This document shows, piece after piece, positions 41,701-50,439 of a stretch of 64,000 nucleotides of DNA. Below the pieces are notes generated by a model. The model ran no database searches. It saw nothing but the letters and a program-made list of their open reading frames with translations, and was not told where the DNA came from. Position 1 is the stretch's first letter. Each line of letters begins with the position of its first letter. The DNA comes from a virus (Duplodnaviria > Caudoviricetes), in the IMG/VR virus record IMGVR_UViG_3300033388_000803, positions 343 through 64,342 of that record, one strand, 5' to 3'. Position numbers and translations under genes: made by a program.

Positions 41701-43292
41701 TTTTAGGAAGTAATTTTGTAGAAAATAGTTTTATGCAAATGGTTTCATCGTCACTACAAAAACTAGGATATAGAACAATGCTAGTTAGTGCACCTAGAGC
41801 TGCGGTAGAGTATTTATCAAACATGATGTTTGCTGCCGTCCACCCAAAGACTTTTGCTTCAGGAGTGTCAAAAAAGAATAATCTATCTAGAGAAGAATTA
41901 GTAAATGTTTTAACTAATTTGGGTAGTAAAGTTATTACCAGGGTTACTGGAAACAATTTAATGTCTTCTAAGGTTGACTTGGAATTGCTTAATAAAAAAT
42001 CATATAAAGGAGAAAGATTTGTAAGTGCAGCTAAAGAAAAAGTAATGGGTGTGTGGGATGCTACAGGTAAAAAAATACAAAACTTTACAGCTCTTATAGC
42101 CGATACTTTGATAAGTAGTCCTGATAAGATGGTAATGAAACCTTTTTTATTAGGTAAGCTGTCTGATACCTTTAAAGAAATAACTGGAAAGGATATAGAC
42201 TATAATAAAATTGCCGCTAATGATGAGGCTTATATAACAGAAAACAAAGAAGCTTTAGATACTGCTATGAAAGAAGCTGATGAGTTTGTTACTTTAATTG
42301 GAGCAACAGATAATCCATTTATGTCAAGGCTACAAGGAAAAGACGCAAAAGGAGTAGAAGAGATTTGGGTAAACTTTAATAATTTTATGACTACATTTTT
42401 AAAGCAGGAGTACGATACATCAGTAGTTGGCTTAGCTGGAGTTATGCAAAATACCTTTACTTATGGTGACAGTAGTATATCAAGAGCTGAGGGAGCTAAA
42501 TTATTAGCTGCGGTAACAATGAGAATGACTGCTTATTCATTAGGAATTAAAGTAGCAGGAGAGTTACTGTTAGAGGCATTTGGAGTAGAAAGTGAAGACG
42601 AAGAAAAAGATCTTGAATTACAAGTTGGGCAAGCATTGGCAACAACCTTTACCTCTTTAATAGTCGGAAGAAACTTTGGTAATGCTTTTAAAACAATACA
42701 AAATTATAATATAGAATTGTTAAATGCAGAGTTTGGGGACGCACTTCGTGATGGTGAGTACGATCAGTATAGAGATGCAATACAGTATAACATCATTCCA
42801 TTAGTTAGAACAGGACAAGATTATAAGTCAGGAAGAGGTATGGATGCTGGTAAAATAGTACCAAACTTTTTAGGCCCTTACTCTCCTCCAGTAAAATCAG
42901 CTGCTTTTGCTTTAAGAAAACTTACTGAGCCTGATAGAAAAACTTCAGAGGCTAGAAGAAGACAGATAAGGGAAAGAGAAGAAAGAATACCTGTAGAACT
43001 TTTAGGCAACACAGGGTTTATACCTTTATACAGAGATGTTAGAAAAGTTTTGTTAGCTGACATATATAAAGACTTAAGAAAGAAAAAAGAAAAAACATAT
43101 AACAGAGAAGAATTAGAAGAGCTTAAAAAAACAAACCCAAGAGAATATCGAAAAGTTGTTTTTGATAAAAAGATGTTAAGATATGAAAAGGCTTTAGAAA
43201 AATATAAGACATATCTTCGTGACAAGAGAGGATGGAGAGATGCAAATCCTGGTAAAAGAAAACCAACTAAACCTAAAAGACCTAGAAAATGA
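35766..43292 (+). CDS. giant ejection/polyvalent protein with zincin metallopeptidase motif
   Basis: 2508 aa; Gly/Ala hydrophobic segment; IHIN...TIAHEVFH (HExxH). Confidence 0.8.
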   Translation: MNNEAIKKLYEALAADYELGSIEEFTAYLQDDNKRKLFYEQVIEPNFEIESYEVFEQAYGLKKKDVSEPTGDQEPMESPSQPNQDPFSSDSSNEPTAPIDPTTGLPFKDDDTQVIEEDISIDDIEGGDTGITSINPVERDQTTELYNRGEFFIEGSQEKDTYLEQLVGKNSVTDLIGDIYRAGKQGLMQGNTADEAASLMISGSDATDEQVEAFLQSQEALQNQGTTDEMMNFNRIYDQADNKFAGFLEALAKNPSAILQIGAQTITQLMNPASLAAGGATIAAGAAYGAGTGAFAGGVGAAPGALIGAFNPGTLRTAFAMASGALESSLSFAEFIKEEIDKRDDLEFNEDGIKAILRNEDAFNRIWRKSVGRGAAIGIIDRLSLGVGGRIIKAKKLTGKAAVGTTLATEMIGGGVGESAARALVGQEQDVREIGFETIGGAGKAPISYAINKVSDPVTTPIKKAMLNKAESFLFPPTYKLIDAQGESVAQTKEDVIETIDNTDDVTFMGLNYKISNDPELKKRYDDRKMRIITGENIRQKIEAAGITNQANIDKIVDLEIEKNNFIGNDTEAGKKRLKEIKEEISKLSGITDDETVTDEVEAPVIDGLGGDGRRAGSNTVVLNDDGTIILNTFDRDGTNTTRNKKLPQRVIDKQNSERKGKKSLKGVQSKVSDRVYIVEDQESKGRPDEAYSEKYAEGYSARTKDKDGNLNNKEANEKVLITRAENAAKAMAKLLPGTNIVLHKTQKSYQRGYGFGSNPSSRGHYSSSSNDIHINMPYATEQTIAHEVFHALLANQFAKLTNVTKNMAETLKRQIKDPKLSKEIDTFIKMYKPKQRNEEVLTKFIGKMAQNFDTLKAPEKKTVKTWVEKVVDFFAPSTPEIKEVTRDFVATDENLKELLTSLAEDITQGTEVESVDFSAFDVADMGRPVEGADGPIPSNINNEGPPIEVNAEQIDRGGIDVNTIKRGDINELEGANAFVFAADQATYGMIESPSGTRFMFNGGFMYPYGSQSQGGNSAWVFSNETAAKKVLQKITSSDGVGLVMSQAPAGVSGNLQFYDFLNAEIANAIEKGASPKEMVDFINQKLKLTKVAQGLQKKGLPTQIKDYQELQDLFKTTNFEVRGEFARTFMSKESFEKFGIYPFSPLKTIDGNIESIVNDPALKNINYGDVVSAIQFDKDGEVVRLNEDDPGYHPAYPFSLPGKPIMVFNNGIDVRNIYPKAKPANPKMNQTPLGERGKSVAARSAMGGQYISNVPKDVQSEDASIDISQEKIDKKKIIGKKKTTEETQTKDENQTYLFISQDPQLVAEVETNILKGLNQGFKKGLGTIREYLKTLKNDGRLGNKEVGKILELVVEEDAFANKEARNETVDKIKKILTNADKQAEFSKLRTKAKRAAKNLKRSIGRIISDAISGKDVTLESLLRDVVTIDPSVVPEEVYQDYKDIIEGLGDRLVMLDNAEDAGLVAVKSRRVLEAMNNVYSRIPQLIALFLDNVIISPKGTVAYKKTIDFLLENDLITESDVSIMRVYRDTINPRVKTVKTDKQKAAERKKLIEGIKKIKIKKERIDSGLTSFPFRKTREDIREFIKLIKDQKALEGLPNEDLNNIIRLANTINNGYAPGIMSRLISKIKAQRDAAPIISDIKSKKLKLPTVEGIYSKLKTFNPFNKQSKFYNALERGQLFNIDRLFGNFDTKKMFNAFFNDMAVNQQQMEVSNKKESKLRDNARKLLEKAYTKLGVVSQNKVAEADARLMFYRIQLEYDTNRLTDKKVKPAIEWLDATIQYLEANQLYDPQSKREVEVLKKIRKDYDKKDVSVSSIYNKFNKEEKEALKILQQIDIDNTAKAVYAAQQRDAAFIARQNYTHISVRPKSRERVDINKDVINDFINSTDANRRPSTKSKSGIERTGLVSPIYTSAINASERGSKFTNLDYYMTTPVRKAKQTFKALKDKLIEDYKGSPPAEVQMFLDSLDKGISQSVQNVLGSNFVENSFMQMVSSSLQKLGYRTMLVSAPRAAVEYLSNMMFAAVHPKTFASGVSKKNNLSREELVNVLTNLGSKVITRVTGNNLMSSKVDLELLNKKSYKGERFVSAAKEKVMGVWDATGKKIQNFTALIADTLISSPDKMVMKPFLLGKLSDTFKEITGKDIDYNKIAANDEAYITENKEALDTAMKEADEFVTLIGATDNPFMSRLQGKDAKGVEEIWVNFNNFMTTFLKQEYDTSVVGLAGVMQNTFTYGDSSISRAEGAKLLAAVTMRMTAYSLGIKVAGELLLEAFGVESEDEEKDLELQVGQALATTFTSLIVGRNFGNAFKTIQNYNIELLNAEFGDALRDGEYDQYRDAIQYNIIPLVRTGQDYKSGRGMDAGKIVPNFLGPYSPPVKSAAFALRKLTEPDRKTSEARRRQIREREERIPVELLGNTGFIPLYRDVRKVLLADIYKDLRKKKEKTYNREELEELKKTNPREYRKVVFDKKMLRYEKALEKYKTYLRDKRGWRDANPGKRKPTKPKRPRK

Positions 43293-43537
43293 CATTTGAC
43301 GAGGACAAATGTATGAATAACTCTTACCTATTGGTAACTGGAAAGAAAAAGTTAGAAGATTTTTTTAAGACAGATGATGATGTTTACTTTGTACACAATC
43401 CTGACGAGCCTATATTAAGCTCAGATCATCCAGTATATGAAATCTTAATGGATCATTTTATATACACAGAAGAATATGAAAAATGTCAGGTACTTTATGA
43501 AATGAAAAAACAGTCTCAGGGTTTATTTTGGAATTAA
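43289..43537 (+). CDS. hypothetical protein with UVR-like EEYEKC motif
   Basis: 82 aa, ATGA overlap. Confidence 0.7.
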   Translation: MTFDEDKCMNNSYLLVTGKKKLEDFFKTDDDVYFVHNPDEPILSSDHPVYEILMDHFIYTEEYEKCQVLYEMKKQSQGLFWN

Positions 43538-43672
43538 ACGAATGAGATCCCAACTTTCAAGGTCTCTATTTCTTTCATATTGAAACAAAGAATTGAATAG
43601 ATCGTTAGTTTCTATTGTTATACTTTCTTGCTTACCACTTCTTAAAGTGTATAATATAAAATAAGTTTTCAT
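43523..43672 (-). CDS. 49 aa hypothetical (not in ORF track)
   Basis: MKTYFILYTLRSGKQESITIETNDLFNSLFQYERNRDLESWDLIRLIPK*. Confidence 0.55.
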   Translation of the reverse strand: MKTYFILYTLRSGKQESITIETNDLFNSLFQYERNRDLESWDLIRLIPK

Positions 43673-43695
43673 TTAACTAGGCCAGATTATTATCA

Positions 43696-44799
43696 TTAAA
43701 AATAATGTGTTAAGCGAGCAACTTGCCCTGTTAATCTACTATGAATAAATCCTTCACAGGCCAAAGGTGCTCCAGTAAAACCTTTTCGAGAATGCCAGCT
43801 ATCAGATGATGATGGACTTCTCATGTACTCTACAGTTACACCAATATAATCTTTTGCGTCTAACCACTTATGCTTTACTTTATGGTGTATATGGTGTAAG
43901 TAAAAATATCTATGTGTAGTTTTCGACCATAGTAAAGGCTGCTCTTGTGCCATCAACAAGGGTAAGTTTACCATCTTAGCACCATCCCCATGCTCCAAGC
44001 CAATTAAATTGCTACCATACTGATAGTATTTACGATGTGCAACACTAATATCAAAAGTGACATCAGTAGCTTTTCTAAACCAACTTCTTAATGTATGAGC
44101 TAAATGATAGCCAGACTGATAGTCATGATTACTCATGCTGTGAAGGACATCTACTGGAGCAATCTTTCTAAGCATCTCAACACATTTAACATATAGCATT
44201 AAGGCTATCTCATAGTGCTCCCACCACTTACCATCTGTATCCTGATAAGTTCCCTTCGTGGTGGTTGAATATACATTGTCGATATGGAGTACATCATTAC
44301 CAATACAAAACAATACTCTATCTATATCAAACCCTTTAGCTTTGTCAATAAGTCCTTTAACGCCCTCTATTACCCTTGAAACAGCAATATCATTATTATA
44401 TTCTTGATTTGTTTCCTTCTCATGAGCATACTTTCCTATGTGTATATCAGAAGGATTTACAACCAGCAAGTGACCACCCTTACGCTCTCTGTAATTTTTA
44501 AGAGGAATATAATCTGGTGAGTAGTTAGAAATAAAATCATTTACCTTGCTAAACAATTGCTCTTCATCTAATCCTAAATTTTCTTTAGTTACAATAGAAA
44601 ACCTGTATTCACCGCTACCACTTTGCCAGTGCTTAACACTAACTATGTCTTTCTTATCTATACCACGCTCTTCACAATGAACATCTAAAGCTGTGTTATT
44701 ATTTATATTGTCCAGATTAGTAGCTCTCTTTTGTAATATATAGTCAACTTCTTCAGGAGAAAGCCTTAGTCTTTTGCCGTACTCTTTGTTAGATTTCAT
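43696..44799 (-). CDS. calcineurin-like metallophosphoesterase
   Basis: DIHIGK, GND..H.D, SNHD, HGD, HHIHH metal-binding motifs. Confidence 0.88.
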   Translation of the reverse strand: MKSNKEYGKRLRLSPEEVDYILQKRATNLDNINNNTALDVHCEERGIDKKDIVSVKHWQSGSGEYRFSIVTKENLGLDEEQLFSKVNDFISNYSPDYIPLKNYRERKGGHLLVVNPSDIHIGKYAHEKETNQEYNNDIAVSRVIEGVKGLIDKAKGFDIDRVLFCIGNDVLHIDNVYSTTTKGTYQDTDGKWWEHYEIALMLYVKCVEMLRKIAPVDVLHSMSNHDYQSGYHLAHTLRSWFRKATDVTFDISVAHRKYYQYGSNLIGLEHGDGAKMVNLPLLMAQEQPLLWSKTTHRYFYLHHIHHKVKHKWLDAKDYIGVTVEYMRSPSSSDSWHSRKGFTGAPLACEGFIHSRLTGQVARLTHYF

Positions 44800-44980
44800 C
44801 GGATAGGGATTGAATTAGATCAGCCAATAATTTTATTAGCTCTTGAGCATTTTTTTTTGCCTCTTCATGATCTCTCTCCATTAAATCCTCGTATAGATTG
44901 TCTCCAAAGTTATGAATACTTTCACTTACATACTTAATATGTGTAATGGTTGATATGTCTTCTGGAGCTACTCGTGGCAT
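44789..44980 (-). CDS. hypothetical protein
   Basis: 63 aa, downstream of promoter at 44997-45004. Confidence 0.7.
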   Translation of the reverse strand: MPRVAPEDISTITHIKYVSESIHNFGDNLYEDLMERDHEEAKKNAQELIKLLADLIQSLSDEI

Positions 44981-44996
44981 TTATACTTGATTTAAT

Positions 44997-45004
44997 CAAA
45001 TATA
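44997..45004 (-). promoter_or_regulatory. -7 element TATATTTG (minus strand)
   Basis: Plus strand CAAATATA in intergenic gap. Confidence 0.6.
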
Positions 45005-45018
45005 AATAAAAAAATGAA

Positions 45019-45363
45019 TTATCCTAATTTTTCTAGAGGTTTTATATAACAATCTAATAACATCAAATCTAAATACTCATCCATGTCTATTAATTTAACA
45101 TCAGTCAAGGTAGTATAGTAGTTTTGTTTGCGTACCATTTCTATTACAAAAGTTATAGGTTCCCCAATACTATGAACAATACAGCCTCCTAAAACAACAG
45201 AGCGTAGCTTTGTAACTTTAATGCTTTGTAAATTTTTTTCTATAAAGGTTGCAATTTTTAATGCAGTATATAAATTCATTTCAGAAAGATTATCCATAAA
45301 ATAATCTTCTACGTCATAACCTTTAGCCTCTATAAATTTCTGTCTGTATTCCGTATTCTTCAA
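45019..45363 (-). CDS. hypothetical protein
   Basis: 114 aa ORF in operon. Confidence 0.65.
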   Translation of the reverse strand: MKNTEYRQKFIEAKGYDVEDYFMDNLSEMNLYTALKIATFIEKNLQSIKVTKLRSVVLGGCIVHSIGEPITFVIEMVRKQNYYTTLTDVKLIDMDEYLDLMLLDCYIKPLEKLG

Positions 45364-45562
45364 GTTCTTTTATTCTAAATTTTTGTAACTCTGATAACTT
45401 ACCCTTTGGTTTTTTAATTTCTGAAAACAAAACATTTGATCCTTTTGGGATTGCTATAAGATCAGGGATGCCGTTTTTGTTTGTGACTGTTAGTTTGATA
45501 ACGTAATAACCCTCGCTTTCTAATTGAGCTATTCGTTTTTTTTGTATCTGCTGCTCAGTCAT
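45323..45562 (-). CDS. VRR-NUC domain nuclease (resolvase-like)
   Basis: E..IQ, GIPDL, F.EIK.P.GKLS.LQ motifs. Confidence 0.9.
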   Translation of the reverse strand: MTEQQIQKKRIAQLESEGYYVIKLTVTNKNGIPDLIAIPKGSNVLFSEIKKPKGKLSELQKFRIKELEEYGIQTEIYRG

Positions 45563-45563
45563 A

Positions 45564-46796
45564 TTACAAATCTAATAAATCTCTTTTAAAATGAGAAAGG
45601 GTGTAGTCCTTCTTTTTAACAACAGCTTTGTATATATCGTTTTCAATCCCATCCTTACTAAATATCCAAAAAATATTATTATGCGTTCTGTTTTTTGTTG
45701 TCATTCTATCTCTGCTTTGCCAATAAGATGTAGCACTAAAATCAATATTGTAGTAAACCAAACACGATGCCTCTTTTAAACTTATGCCCTCTCTTCCAGA
45801 AACAATTTGTAAAGCAATACATTTGTCTGTAGTTTTAAATTCTTCTAAGTCATTAGTAATCTTGTCTTTATATATTTCTTTTAAAGCTTTGTACTCTTGA
45901 GTAAACTTATAAAATATTGCTATCTTTTTATCTTTAAAATATTTGTGTATAAATTTTGCCTTAGTAAAATCTATTGTCATAGCGTTGCCACTTTCAAACT
46001 TCACAGTACCTGAGCAAAGCTGATGTACTTTAGTCATTAACTTTGCAGGAGTATCTGCCAGTAAAAGCTCCCCATCTCCCTCTATAACTCTATCTTTTTT
46101 TAAGCGAGTTATTAACCCTTGAGTAATTCTATTTAAATTAACATAAAGTATCTTTTCATTGGTTTCTGTTTTAAATCCTGCCGATTTTTTCGTGTAACTT
46201 ATTTTAAATCTAGAAATATCGTCTAGTATAGACCTTAAACCTTTAGAGTAGTCATTAATAAACATACCGTTAATTTTTCTTTGTTTAACCAAAACATACT
46301 GTTTTGAGAATGCATAAAAATTTTTAAATCTTTTAAAGGGACTATTAGTTATACCATACAGCTGATGATACATTTGACTGTAAGATTCTGGTGTTGGTGT
46401 TCCACTAAGCAGTATAACATAAGGATTAGATCTACTCAATATTTCCTTAACTTGCTTAGCTCTTTTGTTTGGCTTTGGAAAAGCTCCCAGAGTATGAGCC
46501 TCATCACAAACTACTAAATCCCAGCCTGTTTGTTTTACTTTATGTAGCGACTCATAATTAATAACTACAATATTAAACTTAGCTTTTAATAATTTATAAT
46601 CATTTTCAATGCTTGATATTGCTTTCTTCTTTGTTATAAACAAAACTTCTTTACAATCTATAAGACTGGCAATCCCTAAACTTGTTAAAGTCTTGCCAGT
46701 TCTTACTTCCATAGCTAAATATAAAAATTTATAAACGGATATAATCTCTACACCCTTATTTATAATGTCCGCTTGATAGTCTCTAAAATTAAACAT
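45564..46796 (-). CDS. SNF2/SF2 helicase
   Basis: Likely start MFNFRDYQ; TGKT, INYE, DEAH, LSGTP, EGISL, QSRDR. Confidence 0.9.
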   Translation of the reverse strand: MFNFRDYQADIINKGVEIISVYKFLYLAMEVRTGKTLTSLGIASLIDCKEVLFITKKKAISSIENDYKLLKAKFNIVVINYESLHKVKQTGWDLVVCDEAHTLGAFPKPNKRAKQVKEILSRSNPYVILLSGTPTPESYSQMYHQLYGITNSPFKRFKNFYAFSKQYVLVKQRKINGMFINDYSKGLRSILDDISRFKISYTKKSAGFKTETNEKILYVNLNRITQGLITRLKKDRVIEGDGELLLADTPAKLMTKVHQLCSGTVKFESGNAMTIDFTKAKFIHKYFKDKKIAIFYKFTQEYKALKEIYKDKITNDLEEFKTTDKCIALQIVSGREGISLKEASCLVYYNIDFSATSYWQSRDRMTTKNRTHNNIFWIFSKDGIENDIYKAVVKKKDYTLSHFKRDLLDL

Positions 46797-49173
46797 CAAT
46801 AGTTTTAAAATAAAAATATCTACCACCTAAATCTTTACCCTCTTCAGCCTCTACTTTATAATAATATAAGCAGAATTTTTTAACCCATTGATAAAACTTA
46901 ATTCTTGAAACAGTATCTTTTGATCTAGGTGCAAAGTCTGGATTCTCTTCTATAAAATCTTTATAGAGGTCAGGCTTGTATATTCTGCTATCAGGTTTTA
47001 GCTTGTCATTAAATTTGCCACCACCAATTAATCCGCACCATTCAATAAACACATGGTCGGTACTTCTTATTAAATTTTTCATCTTTAAATTAACAAACTC
47101 GCTTTTTAACATACCATGCTCTAAATACATTTGTAAATTTTTTATCATGTAATTATCAAACTGACACCACTCGTTGTCATCCCACTCTCCAAACATAAGT
47201 CTACCAAACTCTACAAGAGGTGTAAAGTCTTTAGTGTAATGTTGAGCCAACTCTAACTCCCACTTTCTTCTTTCAAAAGAAGAGCCTTCTCCTTTGATAG
47301 CATAGTTTGTAGTCAGAGCAACTTTTGGAGATTTAGAAAAAGGAATTTTAATTGCATCCTTATTTTTCTTTTCTAATGTTAGTCCCTCAGTAATAACACT
47401 AAACAATCTTTCAAAGTCAAATGATTTTTTTACATCATCAAAACAAAGTATTTGTGTGTCGGCAGAAACTAACTGATAAGCAAAAGACCTTTCAAAAGTA
47501 AAACTCTTTCCATCTATAGTTACATTCTTTTTCATTTTAGATAATCCATTCATAAACAGCCCTTTACCCGTTCCACCTTCAGGGTTTGCAGATATAACTT
47601 CATCGTTTAATATTACTGCTGGACAATAAGATAAGTTTTTCCAACCATGTAATAAGTATCCGATAGTAGACTCCATTGAATTTATTCTGTTTTTATCATC
47701 CGCACAAATATTTGATATAAAAGTTTTATAATCACATTCCCCAACCTTACAAAGTGTAAATGACCTATCAATGACATGATCTCTCCAAACATAACCACCT
47801 AAATCTAAGTAATCTATAAGCACAATGTCATCTTTTGTAATTTTAACAGCACAATTCATGTAATACAAATAAGCTGTATCTTTAGTGTCTGCAATAAAAA
47901 AAACATTTATAGAAGATAATAATGTAAGAAATTCTTCCCTAAAGTATCTAGTGTGTTCCGCAAAGTAATTGTATACAGACAAATCATCAACAGATAAAAG
48001 ATATGTTAAAACAAAATCTTTAATTTCTTTTTCAGATGTATGGTCTATAAGATTATTAGTAACTCTTACAAAAACATAACTTTTACTTCCCTCAGGATTA
48101 AATTTGTAAAAACCATTATCTTCTAAAAAGTTCTTAAAAAGTATGTGAACTATTTTTATTACTCCCTTTTCGTTTTTTGTCCAAAACTTATAATTAGACT
48201 GCTCTTCTTCAAGACGAACTATTACGTTATCTATATCTCCGACATCAATTTTTTCGTCTTCTAATTGACATCGGATTTCTTTTTTTGATACCCCTCGTCT
48301 TAATTGTTGTTTGACTTTGTTTACTTTGTCTTCGTCTTCGTAGTATTTAGTTCCAAAGTTTTGCACTTGTGCGTAAGCTGAGTCTATTGTTCTTTTAATT
48401 TCATGATGTTTAAAATCACTACTACTAAAATTACCCATAACATATTCAGCTAAATTTTTTGGCACTCCAAAATCATTAAAGGCAGCTGCCAGTATATAAA
48501 CATTATTGTTTCTCTCTCCACTAACCAACCCATACTTGTTCTCCCACCATTTCAGTAAAATTTCTACAATTTTATTTTCATCTGTGACTGGTATGGTTGG
48601 TTTGTCTTTGTACTTGTTAAACTCTACAAACTCTGGAGCATCTATTTTGTCCCAAACACTAGATGTTAAGTTTATAAAAATTAAGGGATCATAACTTTCA
48701 TAACATACTCTTGATATGTTTTTAGATGTAGTGTCAAAGTATGGTGAGTTAAAGTGTTTGTTTAAAGAATTAAAATAGTTTTTGTGGTTGTCTACTTCTT
48801 TAGGTATTTTCACTAATGCCTTTAAACCTTTTCCGCTTGGAGAAATAAAAACTGCAAATATAAATTTGTTTTTAGCTAACTTCTCTTTTTCTTCTAGTAA
48901 ATCTTTATCAGTTTTGTACCCATCAAAATCTAAACAAATTAATCCACTATGTTGTGTTAAGGATGTGTCATTACGTTTTGTAAACTTACCACTAAAACAA
49001 ATTGCTGGTAAAAGTTTTTTTAATTCGTTTCTTTTTTCTTTATCTTTTTCTGCTCTAATCTTTTTTACTATGTCTTTTGAATTTCCCTGCTCTATTCTGT
49101 TTAGAACTAATTCTACATTTCTGTAAAAAGGTTGAGATGTATTTTTTATGTCTTTGAATATTGTTATCTCCAT
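46789..49173 (-). CDS. primase-helicase (VirE-N/BT4734-like primase, PriCT, SF3-like ATPase)
   Basis: LPAICFSGKF, ICLDFD, FISPSGKGLK, G.RNN, GGTGKG, FDDV, TTN. Confidence 0.88.
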   Translation of the reverse strand: MEITIFKDIKNTSQPFYRNVELVLNRIEQGNSKDIVKKIRAEKDKEKRNELKKLLPAICFSGKFTKRNDTSLTQHSGLICLDFDGYKTDKDLLEEKEKLAKNKFIFAVFISPSGKGLKALVKIPKEVDNHKNYFNSLNKHFNSPYFDTTSKNISRVCYESYDPLIFINLTSSVWDKIDAPEFVEFNKYKDKPTIPVTDENKIVEILLKWWENKYGLVSGERNNNVYILAAAFNDFGVPKNLAEYVMGNFSSSDFKHHEIKRTIDSAYAQVQNFGTKYYEDEDKVNKVKQQLRRGVSKKEIRCQLEDEKIDVGDIDNVIVRLEEEQSNYKFWTKNEKGVIKIVHILFKNFLEDNGFYKFNPEGSKSYVFVRVTNNLIDHTSEKEIKDFVLTYLLSVDDLSVYNYFAEHTRYFREEFLTLLSSINVFFIADTKDTAYLYYMNCAVKITKDDIVLIDYLDLGGYVWRDHVIDRSFTLCKVGECDYKTFISNICADDKNRINSMESTIGYLLHGWKNLSYCPAVILNDEVISANPEGGTGKGLFMNGLSKMKKNVTIDGKSFTFERSFAYQLVSADTQILCFDDVKKSFDFERLFSVITEGLTLEKKNKDAIKIPFSKSPKVALTTNYAIKGEGSSFERRKWELELAQHYTKDFTPLVEFGRLMFGEWDDNEWCQFDNYMIKNLQMYLEHGMLKSEFVNLKMKNLIRSTDHVFIEWCGLIGGGKFNDKLKPDSRIYKPDLYKDFIEENPDFAPRSKDTVSRIKFYQWVKKFCLYYYKVEAEEGKDLGGRYFYFKTIDV

Positions 49174-49184
49174 TATATTTTATT

Positions 49185-49217
49185 AAAAAAAAAGGAGGTC
49201 TTTCGACCTCCTCTTCA
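49185..49217 (-). terminator. intrinsic terminator (GAAA loop)
   Basis: Minus strand AGGAGGTC-GAAA-GACCTCCT plus T-run, between SSB and primase. Confidence 0.85.
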
Positions 49218-49223
49218 CAATTA

Positions 49224-49475
49224 TTAGAAAGGCAAGTCTTTTTCTTCTTGTACTTCATCTTTCTTGGGTTCGGGTTTCCAAGTGTCAACAGCAACATAAT
49301 GAGTCTTGCCATACTCATCAGCTTGCTTTTTCTTTTGCACATTAAGTTTAATATACTTCTTTCCGCTATATTCAAAAATATGCTCAGAAGGAAGGTCACT
49401 TAAACATAAACTGCAAGAAACTAGGTTGCCGTCAAACTTTTCAGTTCCGCTACCTACATAAATTTTATCTTCCAT
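49224..49475 (-). CDS. single-stranded DNA-binding protein (putative)
   Basis: 83 aa beta-rich, D.YGKTH...DTWKP, acidic C-terminal DLPF tail. Confidence 0.75.
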   Translation of the reverse strand: MEDKIYVGSGTEKFDGNLVSCSLCLSDLPSEHIFEYSGKKYIKLNVQKKKQADEYGKTHYVAVDTWKPEPKKDEVQEEKDLPF

Positions 49476-49697
49476 TTATTTTAATTTAATTTGTTGCTCC
49501 AAAATTTCTAAAACCTCAGCCATTAACTTTTGTTTTTGCTGCTCGTTTTCCATAGTAGTTGGAACTTCTACTATAAATATTTCTCTTTTCCAAGATAGCC
49601 TTGAAAGATAATATTTTATTACCTTATAAACTATTTTTAAAACAAAAAATATTTTTCGATGAATCAATATGTTTCTAAAGTGTTTCATGTAAAACAA
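49476..49697 (-). CDS. hypothetical protein
   Basis: 73 aa ORF in operon. Confidence 0.55.
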   Translation of the reverse strand: MFYMKHFRNILIHRKIFFVLKIVYKVIKYYLSRLSWKREIFIVEVPTTMENEQQKQKLMAEVLEILEQQIKLK

Positions 49698-50439
49698 ATT
49701 GATTTATATTTTCTTCTGAATCTTTACTAAAGTATGTATTGTAGATAAAGACTGCGTTTTCAACTTTCTCCTTGCCTTTTTGAATAAATTCTTCAGAAGG
49801 TTTAAAAATAGCTAACTGATATGTTGACTTGTCTATTACATAGAATTCCAGAGGCAAACCAAACAACTCTTGATATATATATGCCTGACTATCATAATTA
49901 TAACGATATGCACTTGATCTAAACTTGTTTATATCAGATGTCGTTTTTAAATCAATTAGCTTATCATAACAAACTATGTCAGCCTTGCCTTTCCAATTCA
50001 ATCCCATAATCATTTTTACCATTGGAACTTCATATTTATTTCCTACCTTGTAAATCTCATCGTACATTTCTAAATTGCATAACATTGCATCGACTAAATC
50101 TTTTAATGCTTCAACTTCATGATAAAGAAGAGACATTTTGTTGTCATTGTATGCTATATGTTCTTTGTATGCTTTTGTGTTTCGACTAGACACATCTACA
50201 ATATCAAAATCTTTTAGTTTATCTTTTTCTAAAATAGCAGTATGAAAATACCTTCCCTCTAACATTGCTTTTGTTTCAGCCTGAGGCTTTCCAAACATTC
50301 TTGGATTGTCTAGTAAGTTTTTTATATCTGAATTTGACAACCATTGCTTTCCGTACTCTCCATAATATGATGAGTCATCTTTTAGTTTCTCTGCAATTTT
50401 AGAGACAACTTTGTCGGTGTAATTAATAGGAACTATCAT
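49675..50439 (-). CDS. PD-(D/E)XK exonuclease (RecE/DUF3799-like)
   Basis: LSNSDIK, G..FH..ILE, KGKAD, DLKTT, Y.Y..QA..Y. Confidence 0.88.
   Translation of the reverse strand: MIVPINYTDKVVSKIAEKLKDDSSYYGEYGKQWLSNSDIKNLLDNPRMFGKPQAETKAMLEGRYFHTAILEKDKLKDFDIVDVSSRNTKAYKEHIAYNDNKMSLLYHEVEALKDLVDAMLCNLEMYDEIYKVGNKYEVPMVKMIMGLNWKGKADIVCYDKLIDLKTTSDINKFRSSAYRYNYDSQAYIYQELFGLPLEFYVIDKSTYQLAIFKPSEEFIQKGKEKVENAVFIYNTYFSKDSEENINQFVLHETL

Noticed and set aside
5108-42900. Antisense ORFs in the track (e.g. 7698-8363, 38135-38929, 29926-30387)
   Set aside because: They are shadows of codon-biased sense genes, with no independent signals.
35766-43292. crAss-type virion RNA polymerase
   Set aside because: No catalytic DxDxD motif recognised, and promoters match the host sigma consensus.
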